Below, in pieces: positions 1-8,537 of a stretch of 64,000 bases of DNA. Source of the stretch: [Candidatus Thermochlorobacteriaceae] bacterium GBChlB (GTDB lineage Bacteria; Bacteroidota; Chlorobiia; Chlorobiales; Thermochlorobacteraceae); assembly GCA_000724175.1 (NCBI GenBank), contig JPGV01000010.1, positions 61,199-125,198 of the forward strand, written 5' to 3'. The position numbers were made by a program, and so were the translations under genes. Numbering within the stretch: the stretch's first letter is position 1; the number at the start of each line of letters is the position of its first letter. The notes under the pieces were generated by a model. The model was not told the origin of the DNA, did not search any database, and saw only the letters and a list, made by a program, of their open reading frames with translations.

Positions 1-2021
1 TGATATGGTAAAATTTTTGCAAGTGCCGCACGGCGTCCAGCTTCGTCGGATGCCAGAATCATTTCGCGCACGGCATCAATGCGGTCGCCGCCGAAGAACA
101 TATGCTCGGTTCGGCAGAGTCCAATTCCTTCTGCACCGAAAGCCAGGGCGTGCGCAGCTTGGTCGGGCTGGTCGGCGTTGGTGCGAATTTTCAACCGACG
201 GTATTTATCTGCCCATTGCATCAAGCGGTCATACATTCGGTAGACTTCCGACTGCTCAGGCTTCAGGGATTTTTGAAACAACACTTGCGCGACTTCCGAG
301 GGCTTCGTAGTGATTTCGCCTTCAAAGACTTCGCCCGTCGAGCCATCAATGGAAATGTAATCGCCCTCTCTGATGAGGAAATCTTTCCCGCGAACTTTCA
401 TACGCGAATTTTCATAACTGATTTCCAGCGGCTCGCAGCCTGCAACGCAGACTTTGCCCATTTGCCGCGCCACAAGTGCGGCGTGCGATGTCATGCCGCC
501 GCGCGCGGTCAGAATGCCTTCCGCTACTGCCATGCCGCGAATATCTTCGGGCGATGTTTCAATGCGGACAAGTATGACGCGCTCACCGCGTTGGGCGGCG
601 TCTTCAGCGTCGCTAGCATTGAAATACACTTTGCCTGTCGCTGCTCCCGGACCTGCGTTCAGCCCTTTTGCCATCAATCGCCCTTTCTCGGACGCCTCAC
701 GTTTTTCTTTTGAATCGAAAATTGGGCGCAAGAGTTGGTTCAATTGTTCAGGCTCGATGCGCATCAATGCTTCCTTTTCAGAGATGAGCTTTTCGTCTTT
801 CATATCGAGCGCGATTTTAATCGCTGCAAACCCAGTGCGTTTGCCAACGCGGCACTGAAGCATAAAGAGCTGTCCTTGCTCAATCGTGAACTCAATATCC
901 ATCATTTCTTTGTAATGCTTCTCCAGCGTCTTGCGAATCTTCTCGAGTTGCGCGTAAATCTCAGCGTTTGTTCTTTGAAGCTCGCTGATTTTCAGGGGCG
1001 TGCGCGTGCCAGCGACGACGTCCTCGCCTTGTGCGTTCATCAAGTATTCGCCGTAGAAGATGTTCTCGCCTGTTGCAGGGTCTCGCGTGAAGGCAACCCC
1101 CGTTCCAGAATTTTCGCCGAGATTTCCAAACGCCATAGCTTGCACATTACACGCGGTTCCCCAGTCCGCGGGAATGTTGTTCATTCGTCGATAAACAATG
1201 GCGCGGTCGTTGTTCCAACTGCCGAACACCGCACCGATAGCGCCGCGCAGTTGCTCGACGGGGTTCGTTGGAAAATCGTTCCCCGTGCGCTCTTTGATGG
1301 CGCGTTTGAATTTGACGACGAGGTCTTTCAAATCGTCGGCGGTCAGCGCAGTGTCGTTCTCGATGCCGCGCTCATGCTTTTCTGATTCAATGATGGCTTC
1401 GAATGGGTCGATGTCTTTCTTATTCTGTGGCTTTAAGCCTAAAACTACATCGCCATACATCTGCACAAATCGGCGGTAGCAGTCCCACGCAAAACGCTCG
1501 TTGCCAGAGAGTCGCGCCAGTCCAGCAACGGTTTCGTCGTTGAGTCCTAAGTTTAAAATTGTGTCCATCATACCGGGCATTGAGGCACGCGCGCCGCTTC
1601 GCACAGAGACGAGCAACGGATTTTTTGCGTCGCCGAATTTTTTGCCCAGCAGTTGCTCCATTTTTTTGAGCGCGGCGGGAATGTCTTTTTCAAAGAGCGA
1701 TTTCGGGTAGGTCAGTTGGTTATCGTAGTAGTAAGTGCAGACCTCTGTTGTAATTGTAAAACCGGGCGGCACGGGCAAGCCGATGTTCGTCATCTCAGCA
1801 AGGTTCGCACCTTTGCCGCCAAGCAAGTTTTTCATCTCAGCTCTTCCGTCGGCTTTACCGCCACCGAAGAAATACACATACTTGCTGGCGGCAGACTTCT
1901 TTGTTGATACAGGTTGAGCACCTCCGTTTCTCGATAATTTTTTCGCGCCAGATTTAGCAAGCGATGCAGAGACGCTGGACTCTTTGGAACTTTTAGAAAC
2001 AACAGCTTTTGGCATAGTCAT
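1..2021 (-). CDS. ppdK: Pyruvate, phosphate dikinase (3' end runs off the window)
   Basis: Not in the ORF track because it is truncated. Reverse translation from ATG at 2021 gives a Lys/Ser-rich leader, then [49 protein letters not shown] and [15 protein letters not shown] (phospho-His motif). Confidence 0.95.
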   Translation of the reverse strand, partial: MTMPKAVVSKSSKESSVSASLAKSGAKKLSRNGGAQPVSTKKSAASKYVYFFGGGKADGRAEMKNLLGGKGANLAEMTNIGLPVPPGFTITTEVCTYYYDNQLTYPKSLFEKDIPAALKKMEQLLGKKFGDAKNPLLVSVRSGARASMPGMMDTILNLGLNDETVAGLARLSGNERFAWDCYRRFVQMYGDVVLGLKPQNKKDIDPFEAIIESEKHERGIENDTALTADDLKDLVVKFKRAIKERTGNDFPTNPVEQLRGAIGAVFGSWNNDRAIVYRRMNNIPADWGTACNVQAMAFGNLGENSGTGVAFTRDPATGENIFYGEYLMNAQGEDVVAGTRTPLKISELQRTNAEIYAQLEKIRKTLEKHYKEMMDIEFTIEQGQLFMLQCRVGKRTGFAAIKIALDMKDEKLISEKEALMRIEPEQLNQLLRPIFDSKEKREASEKGRLMAKGLNAGPGAATGKVYFNASDAEDAAQRGERVILVRIETSPEDIRGMAVAEGILTARGGMTSHAALVARQMGKVCVAGCEPLEISYENSRMKVRGKDFLIREGDYISIDGSTGEVFEGEITTKPSEVAQVLFQKSLKPEQSEVYRMYDRLMQWADKYRRLKIRTNADQPDQAAHALAFGAEGIGLCRTEHMFFGGDRIDAVREMILASDEAGRRAALAKILPY

Positions 2022-2145
2022 CCTATTACTTTGTTGAAATGAACTTGTATTTTTAGAGGCATTTATAGGAAAGTTACATAAAGAGAATTGCGTTGCCAAG
2101 ATGGTTTGTTGTTTGATTTTTCACAACGCTTTCAATTGAATCACT

Positions 2146-2625
2146 ATGCCTATTTCAACAGAGATGGACTTGCCGATTGCCTTCGAGAACAAATCGCACG
2201 AGGCATTGATGAACGTGTGGTGGACGGCGAACCTGTTGCGAAAAGTCTCGACGAAGTTTTTTCAGGAGTCGCTCTCATCGGATGCGCAGTTCAACATTCT
2301 CATTCTACTCAAAGATTCGCCGACGCCACTCACGCAAAAAGAGTTAAGCCAAAAACTCTTGGTCGATAAATCAAACATCACCGGACTTTTAGACCGGCTC
2401 GAGAAACAGCGGCTCATCAGGCGTGAAGCAGTTTTGGGCGACCGTCGCAGCTATCACATCAAACTTACCAAACAAGGCGACGAGCTTGTAACGAAACTCG
2501 ATAAAGCCTATCAAAAAAAAGTGCGCGAAATTATGAACGACCTGAGCGCCAAAGACTGCGACGACCTCATTCGCCTCACCAGAAAAATTCGCGCCTCTAT
2601 GCGTCGACAAACCAATGTGATATAA
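2146..2625 (+). CDS. MarR-family transcriptional regulator
   Basis: 159 aa with QFNIL..LTQKELSQKLLVDKSNITGLLDRLEKQRLIRR..DRR winged-HTH pattern; divergent from ppdK. Confidence 0.9.
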   Translation: MPISTEMDLPIAFENKSHEALMNVWWTANLLRKVSTKFFQESLSSDAQFNILILLKDSPTPLTQKELSQKLLVDKSNITGLLDRLEKQRLIRREAVLGDRRSYHIKLTKQGDELVTKLDKAYQKKVREIMNDLSAKDCDDLIRLTRKIRASMRRQTNVI

Positions 2626-2657
2626 CGCACAACGGCTGCCCTGTAAAAAGCGTAATT

Positions 2658-2673
2658 AGTTGATGCATCAACT
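2658..2673. promoter_or_regulatory. Perfect 16-bp palindrome AGTTGATGCATCAACT, putative MarR operator
   Basis: Exact inverted repeat between the marR gene and the downstream operon. Its assignment to MarR is inferred from adjacency. Confidence 0.65.
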
Positions 2674-2713
2674 GTTTATTTAACAACTGTTTATTTAACA
2701 ACTTTTTAATTAA
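2669..2713 (+). repeat. 15-bp tandem repeat CAACTGTTTATTTAA (2 exact copies + 1 degenerate)
   Basis: 2669-2683 and 2684-2698 are identical; 2699-2713 is CAACTTTTTAATTAA. Confidence 0.85.
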
Positions 2714-2727
2714 AACTCCTCAAAATT

Positions 2728-3183
2728 ATGACTGTACCAGTGTCTGCCCGTGTGGATACGCCCGCATGGATATTTCAAGTTTGGGCGTCGTTCTTTATCT
2801 CGGTTGTTCTCGCCGCCGTCGGCACATATCATCTGCCCGTCGAGAACTGGCTGAAAGGATACTTTGCAATGGGATTATTTTTTTCGGTGAGCAGCAGTTT
2901 TACGCTTGCAAAAACGGTGCGCGACAACCGCGACGCGACGCGCGACACAGGCGCATGGGTTATGCAAACATGGGCGTCGTTTATAATTGCGATTCTTCTT
3001 GTTGTCGTCGGCATCTGGAACTTGCCTGTCGATACTTGGGTTCGCGGCTATGTGGCGGTGGTATACTTCTTCGTCTTGGCATCGAGCTTTACGCTCTCGA
3101 AAACGATTCGCGATAATGACGAAGCGCGAAAACAACATGCAATTGGAACAACGGCGACAAAATTCGCCGCGGAGGAACTTTAA
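2728..3183 (+). CDS. YiaA/YiaB-family inner-membrane protein (two 2-helix repeats)
   Basis: Internal duplication T.AW..Q.WASF...LPV..W..GY....SSFTL.KT.RDN, typical of the YiaAB two-helix domain. Confidence 0.85.
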   Translation: MTVPVSARVDTPAWIFQVWASFFISVVLAAVGTYHLPVENWLKGYFAMGLFFSVSSSFTLAKTVRDNRDATRDTGAWVMQTWASFIIAILLVVVGIWNLPVDTWVRGYVAVVYFFVLASSFTLSKTIRDNDEARKQHAIGTTATKFAAEEL

Positions 3184-3238
3184 CGCGCATTAACGACGAA
3201 CTGCATCATCATTTACTTGAACGAGCAGAGAGGTAGCG

Positions 3239-5146
3239 ATGAATAATCAAGTCTATATCACGGCAGCAGGAAAATTTTTGCCCGGCTCGCCCGTCGGCAA
3301 CGATGAAATCGAGCAGTATCTCGGCATGATTGGCGGCAAACCATCGCGCGTCAAGCACCGCATCTTAAAGCAAAACGGTATCCAAACGCGATATTATGCG
3401 CTCGATAAAGCGCAGACCTCGCTTTATTCCAACAGTGAAATGGCAGCACTTGCCGTGCGCGATATGATTGAGCGCGCGCCGATTCGACTGAACGACGTGG
3501 ACTTTCTCGCTGCCGCCACTACGCAGGGCGACCTCATGCTGCCCGGGTTCGCCAGTATGATTCACGGCGAACTTAAAAATCCAAGTTGCGAGATTGCGTC
3601 GTTTCACAGCGTTTGCGCCAGCGGAATGATGGCGATGAAATCGGCGTATCTGCAAGTAAAATCAGGCGAGAAGCGCAACGCCGTCTCGGTTGCAAGCGAA
3701 TTTCCGAGCCGCTTTTTGAAAGCGTCGCATTACGAACAGCAGCGTAGTTTCGTTCAAGAACAAAGCATACCGTTTGATACCGAGTTTCTTCGGTGGATGC
3801 TCTCCGACGGCGCAGGCGCAACATTGCTTCAAGACCAACTGAACCCGAAAGGCATCTCGCTTCGCGTCGAGTGGATTACGCTCAAATCGCACGCCGATAA
3901 ATACGATGTCTGTATGTATGCCGGCTCGCAAAAAGACGAAGCAGGAACGCTGCGCAAGCACGGGTGGATGGATTACGCCGACGTGCAAACAGCGGCAAGC
4001 GACGGCGCGATTAATCTTAAACAAGACATTCGCCTGCTGGAAAACATTGTCAAAATTGGCGTCGATGGGTTCTTTGAACTAATTGATAAAAAAATGATTG
4101 CACCAAGCGACATCGATTGGCTGCTGTTTCATTACTCGTCGCATTTCTTCAAAGGCGAGACGAATAAACTCTTGCACAAAGCCGGCGTCGTCATTCCCGA
4201 TGAAAAATGGTTCACAAACCTTTACACGAAAGGCAACACTGGTTCAGCGTCGATTTACATCATGCTCGAGGAACTTTTGAACGATGGACACTTGAAGCCG
4301 AATCAAAAAGTCCTGTGTATCGTGCCTGAAAGCGGCCGATTCATCGTCTCGTTTATGTTGCTTACAGCAGTCGCGCCAAACCATAAAAACATTGTTGAAA
4401 CCAAAACCATTGATGTACAAACCATCCCTGAAAAAGACGAAACGGCTCGCAACGCCGCGCCGGAACTGGTGGTTTCGGGCAATGAAAACGCCGAATGGCT
4501 TGTTCGTCAACTCGCTCGCGTTTGGATTGACTTCGATGCCAAACTGAACGACGTGCCGATTCTTCAACGACTGAGTCGCGGGAAATTCACGATTGAAGAT
4601 TACAAACTGCTCTTGCTCAATTTGCGGCAACAAGTGATGGAGGGCGCGCGGTGGATTGCACGTGCCGCGTCGAGCTTCACGATTGAAGCATTTGAGTTGC
4701 GGTCGATCTTCATCGGTCACGCCAAAGAAGAGCATCGAGATTATCAGATGTTGGACCGCGATTATGTCTCGGTCGGCGGCGTGTTGGAAGAGATTACGTC
4801 GTCGCAAAAAAACATCGGCAGTGAGGCGCTCTCGGCATGGATGTTCCATCGGGCAAGCCAAGAAAATCCGTTTGACCTTTTGGGCGCGATGTATATCATT
4901 GAGGGCTTGGGCAATCGGAAAGCCGCTCTGTGGGGCGAGCAAATCAAAGCGCAGTTGGGGCTCAATGACAAACAAGTCTCGTTTTTGTTGTATCACGGCG
5001 CGAATGATGATTCACACTTCGATAAATTGGAGCAAGCGTTGTCATCGCCGCTTCTGACGCGCGCCGTCGCCGAAAAAATTTTGAAAACCGCCAAAGTAAC
5101 CGCTCGATTGTATCTTCTACAGTTGGAAGAATTGGGCAACTACTAA
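3239..5146 (+). CDS. DarB/StlD-like KAS III ketosynthase fused to a C-terminal heme-oxygenase-like iron-containing redox domain
   Basis: Cys-His-Asn triad (SVCASG, FHYSS, KGNTGSAS) and DarB-like FLRWMLSDGAGA and VPESGRF. The C-terminal ~220 aa (from ~4481) is helical with HAKEEHRD, YIIEG and YHGANDDSH metal-ligand motifs. Confidence 0.82.
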   Translation: MNNQVYITAAGKFLPGSPVGNDEIEQYLGMIGGKPSRVKHRILKQNGIQTRYYALDKAQTSLYSNSEMAALAVRDMIERAPIRLNDVDFLAAATTQGDLMLPGFASMIHGELKNPSCEIASFHSVCASGMMAMKSAYLQVKSGEKRNAVSVASEFPSRFLKASHYEQQRSFVQEQSIPFDTEFLRWMLSDGAGATLLQDQLNPKGISLRVEWITLKSHADKYDVCMYAGSQKDEAGTLRKHGWMDYADVQTAASDGAINLKQDIRLLENIVKIGVDGFFELIDKKMIAPSDIDWLLFHYSSHFFKGETNKLLHKAGVVIPDEKWFTNLYTKGNTGSASIYIMLEELLNDGHLKPNQKVLCIVPESGRFIVSFMLLTAVAPNHKNIVETKTIDVQTIPEKDETARNAAPELVVSGNENAEWLVRQLARVWIDFDAKLNDVPILQRLSRGKFTIEDYKLLLLNLRQQVMEGARWIARAASSFTIEAFELRSIFIGHAKEEHRDYQMLDRDYVSVGGVLEEITSSQKNIGSEALSAWMFHRASQENPFDLLGAMYIIEGLGNRKAALWGEQIKAQLGLNDKQVSFLLYHGANDDSHFDKLEQALSSPLLTRAVAEKILKTAKVTARLYLLQLEELGNY

Positions 5147-5224
5147 CCGAAACGACTTGTAAAATCAGGCTATTTCAGGCGCTGGTGTTTTTAATTTAAA
5201 TGAACGACTAACCGAACGACGACG

Positions 5225-6136
5225 ATGCAACCGATATATTCAACCGAATTTTTGGAAATGGAGCATAACCCCAGAGACCCAAACCCTTGGCAGGCGCTCT
5301 TTCTCGACCGCAGCATTCCGATTAATGACGAGGCGAAAGCCGCATTTTTGAAAGATACAAACTCGTGGTCGCGTCAATTTCTCCTGCCGCTGGTGCGCCC
5401 GCTTGCGCGGCTGGCTATCGTGGGCATTCAAGTCTTGAAAGTCATCATTCCCAACAAATTCACGTCATCGCGGTTGCTGCATCAGTTTTTATTTTGGGGG
5501 CTAAAAACGTTTGTCAGTCCGACGGCAAACTATTTGATTCTGCGGCATTTTCACTTGGGGTCGGAAATTTTAGAGTTCATCGCCAAAAACGTCGAGGGCG
5601 CAACCGTCCCGCTCCATCCGCTCAAACCGAAAAATCTTACTGCGGTTAAAGACGATTTGTTTTTGCAGCACGACCTCAACTTGTTCAATTTCGTCATTCG
5701 GCTCAATAAAGAGCTGCGCGAAAAAAATCTTTCCATCAAGCCGCCCGCTTACTTGGATGTAAGTTTCATCACCGACGGCGCCCTTGACATTGACGAGATG
5801 CCAGCGCGATGGACGAACTTTTTGGATTTGCAATCCGCGATTGAAATTTTTACGCCCGTCTATCAACTCTTTCTCACCGACAGCGATTTTTGGCGGGCGA
5901 CAAACTCACTTCAACTTGATGAGACCATTGGCATCTATGCCGCAACGATTTTGCAGAGTCCATACCAGATGTTCGTCGTCAATAACAAACACCCACTTGT
6001 GCCGATGATTACGCTCAGTGCGGCGTATCGATTGATGTTGCACGGATTAGCAACGGAAACCCTACATGCGATTTTGGTTCAGAAGAAAAAAGAAGCTGCC
6101 GCGAAAGCATCGGAAGAAATTTTATCTTCGCGGTAG
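5225..6136 (+). CDS. Conserved hypothetical protein (possibly DUF6999-like), His-rich motifs
   Basis: 303-aa ORF co-oriented with the ketosynthase, with motifs RHFH, QHD, LDE, NNKHP and HGLATETLH. The DUF label is from memory and unverified. Confidence 0.6.
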   Translation: MQPIYSTEFLEMEHNPRDPNPWQALFLDRSIPINDEAKAAFLKDTNSWSRQFLLPLVRPLARLAIVGIQVLKVIIPNKFTSSRLLHQFLFWGLKTFVSPTANYLILRHFHLGSEILEFIAKNVEGATVPLHPLKPKNLTAVKDDLFLQHDLNLFNFVIRLNKELREKNLSIKPPAYLDVSFITDGALDIDEMPARWTNFLDLQSAIEIFTPVYQLFLTDSDFWRATNSLQLDETIGIYAATILQSPYQMFVVNNKHPLVPMITLSAAYRLMLHGLATETLHAILVQKKKEAAAKASEEILSSR

Positions 6137-6172
6137 CTCACGAGTCTATCAGCCGGTGTTATCGTGCAAAAC

Positions 6173-6197
6173 AAAAAGGGAAGCCATCTTGCTTCCC
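6173..6197 (-). terminator. Intrinsic terminator after dxs
   Basis: GGGAAGC-catctt-GCTTCCC stem followed by a T-run on the minus strand, ~30 bp past the dxs stop. Confidence 0.65.
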
Positions 6198-6226
6198 CTG
6201 TAACATCAAGTCCTTTCAGCGAAGGG

Positions 6227-8176
6227 TTATCGCACGATAACATCTTCTTCGGCGTGGGCGAATTGCAAAATGCGCTTGGCGACGCTCTCGGCGTCCAACC
6301 CGACTTCCTTGTGCAACTCTGCTGGCTGACCATGGTCGATAAATCGGTCGGGCAAGCCAATCACAAGCACTTTGTTTGAGTAGCCTTTTTCTTGTAGATA
6401 CTCGCAGACCGCGCTGCCAAACCCGCCCTTGATAGTGTTCTCTTCAATTGTTACAATGCGCTCAAAGCGTTCGCAGACGGTATCGAGCAGGTCTGTATCG
6501 AGCGGCTTAACAAAGCGCATATTGGCGACGAGCGGCGAAACATCATGTACCTCCAAAAGGTTGGCAGCAGCAAGTGCGTGATTGGTCATCACGCCAATGC
6601 CGAGAATCGCGACTTCCGAACCGTCGCGCAGAATTTCGCCTTTTCCAATGTCCAATTTCTTGAAGTCTTTTCGCATCTCCATACCAGTGGCATTGCCGCG
6701 GGGATAACGCAGTGCAATCGGTCCGTCGTCATAGGTGAGGGCAGTGTAGAGCATGTCGCGCAGTTCTTGTTCGTTCATCGGCGCCATAACCACCATGCGC
6801 GGAATGAGCCGAAGATACGAGAGGTCAAACGCTCCGTGATGTGTTGGTCCATCTGCCCCTGCCAAGCCGCCTCTGTCCATGGCGAACACCACGTTCAAAT
6901 TTTGCAAGGCGACATCGTGAATGATTTGGTCATAAGCGCGTTGCAAAAACGTGGAATAGATAGCTGCAACCGGCTTCATGCCTTGTGTTGCCAAGCCTGC
7001 GGCGAACGTAACCGCGTGTTCTTCGGCAATGCCGACATCGAAGAACCGTTCAGGAATTGCTGCTCCGAGAATTTTCAGCGATGTTCCCGACGGCATAGCG
7101 GCAGTAATGCCGACAATACGCTCGTCCATTTTGGCCAGTTCCGTAATCGCATGTCCGAACACATCTTGATACAGCGGCGGAGCGGACGGATTGGCGGGCT
7201 TGAGTGACTTGCCCGTGATTTTATCAAACGCGCCGCCCTGCGCGTGCCATTTCAATTGGTCTTCTTCGGCGAGCTTAAAGCCTTTCCCTTTGACCGTAAC
7301 CACATGCAAGAGTTTCGGGTTCGGCATCTCGCGCAGCTCACGCAAAATTTTCACCAGATGCTTGACATCGTGTCCGTCAATCGGACCGAAGTAACGAAAC
7401 CCCAGCGCCTCGAAAAATTGTCCGGGCGTAATCGCAGCTTTTAAGCCTTGCTCGAGGTTTCGGACGAACTGTCGCGCTTTCTCGCCAAGTTCATTATCGA
7501 TGTTGGAGAGCGTTTCCCAGATTTCGCGGCGCAGCCGATTGTAGGTTGAGTTCGTCGTAATGTCGGTGAGGTGTGCGTTCAAGCCGCCGACATTCGGGTC
7601 AATGGACATATTGTTGTCGTTGAGAATCACGGTAACATCGGTTTTCAGATGCCCAATGTGGTTGAGTCCCTCAAAGGCCATGCCGCCTGTCATTGCGCCG
7701 TCGCCGATAACCGCCACGATTTTGTAGTTGTCTTTTTTCAAATCGCGGGCGATTGCCATGCCAGCGGCGGCTGAGATGGACGTTGATGCGTGCCCAACGC
7801 CAAATGTGTCATACTTGCTTTCGCTGCGTTTCGGGAAGCCAGCGACGCCTTTGTATTGACGGTTTGTATGGAAAATGTTTTTTCGTCCTGTCAGAATTTT
7901 ATGCACATAGGCTTGATGTCCAACGTCCCACACCAATTGGTCTTTCGGCGTGTTATAGACATAGTGCAAGGCGACGGAAAGGTCGGCTGCGCCCAAACTT
8001 GCACCGAAGTGTCCGCCGTATTTCGAGACCACATCGATGATGAAGTCGCGGCATTCCTGCGTGATGGCAGGCAGGTCGTCGATTGAAAATTTCTTTAAAT
8101 CATCGGGAGAATTGATTTGAGAGAGATACTTGCCGAAGCTCGCCAATTCAGGCGATTCAGGGATGTTCTCCAACAT
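6227..8176 (-). CDS. dxs: 1-deoxy-D-xylulose-5-phosphate synthase
   Basis: GGHFGASLG, WDVGHQAY.HKILTGR, GDGAMTGG..EGLN, DVGIAEEHAV, YSTFLQRAYDQ, DGPTHHG. Confidence 0.97.
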   Translation of the reverse strand: MLENIPESPELASFGKYLSQINSPDDLKKFSIDDLPAITQECRDFIIDVVSKYGGHFGASLGAADLSVALHYVYNTPKDQLVWDVGHQAYVHKILTGRKNIFHTNRQYKGVAGFPKRSESKYDTFGVGHASTSISAAAGMAIARDLKKDNYKIVAVIGDGAMTGGMAFEGLNHIGHLKTDVTVILNDNNMSIDPNVGGLNAHLTDITTNSTYNRLRREIWETLSNIDNELGEKARQFVRNLEQGLKAAITPGQFFEALGFRYFGPIDGHDVKHLVKILRELREMPNPKLLHVVTVKGKGFKLAEEDQLKWHAQGGAFDKITGKSLKPANPSAPPLYQDVFGHAITELAKMDERIVGITAAMPSGTSLKILGAAIPERFFDVGIAEEHAVTFAAGLATQGMKPVAAIYSTFLQRAYDQIIHDVALQNLNVVFAMDRGGLAGADGPTHHGAFDLSYLRLIPRMVVMAPMNEQELRDMLYTALTYDDGPIALRYPRGNATGMEMRKDFKKLDIGKGEILRDGSEVAILGIGVMTNHALAAANLLEVHDVSPLVANMRFVKPLDTDLLDTVCERFERIVTIEENTIKGGFGSAVCEYLQEKGYSNKVLVIGLPDRFIDHGQPAELHKEVGLDAESVAKRILQFAHAEEDVIVR

Positions 8177-8537
8177 AGATTGTATTTTTTAGATTAAGCT
8201 GTAAGTGCAACTGTGTTAAAACGACTCCAAGAAAGTTTGAGCGTAGAGGTCAAAACGATGTTTCGCGGGTAAAAATTCACGGCTAAAGCAGTTTTATGCT
8301 GATATGTTGCGGAAAGGTTCATCCGCTCAACGGCGCTGAAGTTGATATTGCTAGACAAAAGTTACGCCAAAACCCTGCAATAAAAAAGATGTTGTAACGC
8401 TCGAACACCTTCCGTTGATGCAGAACGCGCACATAGCCTGCGCTGTCTCTGCCTCTTTCGGTGGTTTTTTACAAATGCGCTGTATTTGCCTAACTTCTCG
8501 TTTCTGTATTTACACCATCAACAAACCAAGATATGCT

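Noticed and set aside
5..1917. Plus-strand ORFs (102..713, 735..1385, etc.)
   Set aside because: Antisense shadows of ppdK, which the ORF track missed because it is truncated by the window edge.
2669..2713. Repeats considered as a possible mini-CRISPR array
   Set aside because: The units are only 15 bp and directly abutting, with no spacers and no cas genes in the window.
5141..5220. Near-repeat ACTAACCGAAACGAC / ACTAACCGAACGAC in the spacer after the ketosynthase gene
   Set aside because: Short, imperfect and only two copies; not enough to call a feature.
8415..8537. Longer N-terminus for the CocE hydrolase given by the ORF track
   Set aside because: The signal peptide begins at ATG 8538. 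Similar over-extended starts were trimmed for tldD, the lipoprotein, the second GH92, the LamG protein, GH36, GH16, the permease, feoB and the kinase.
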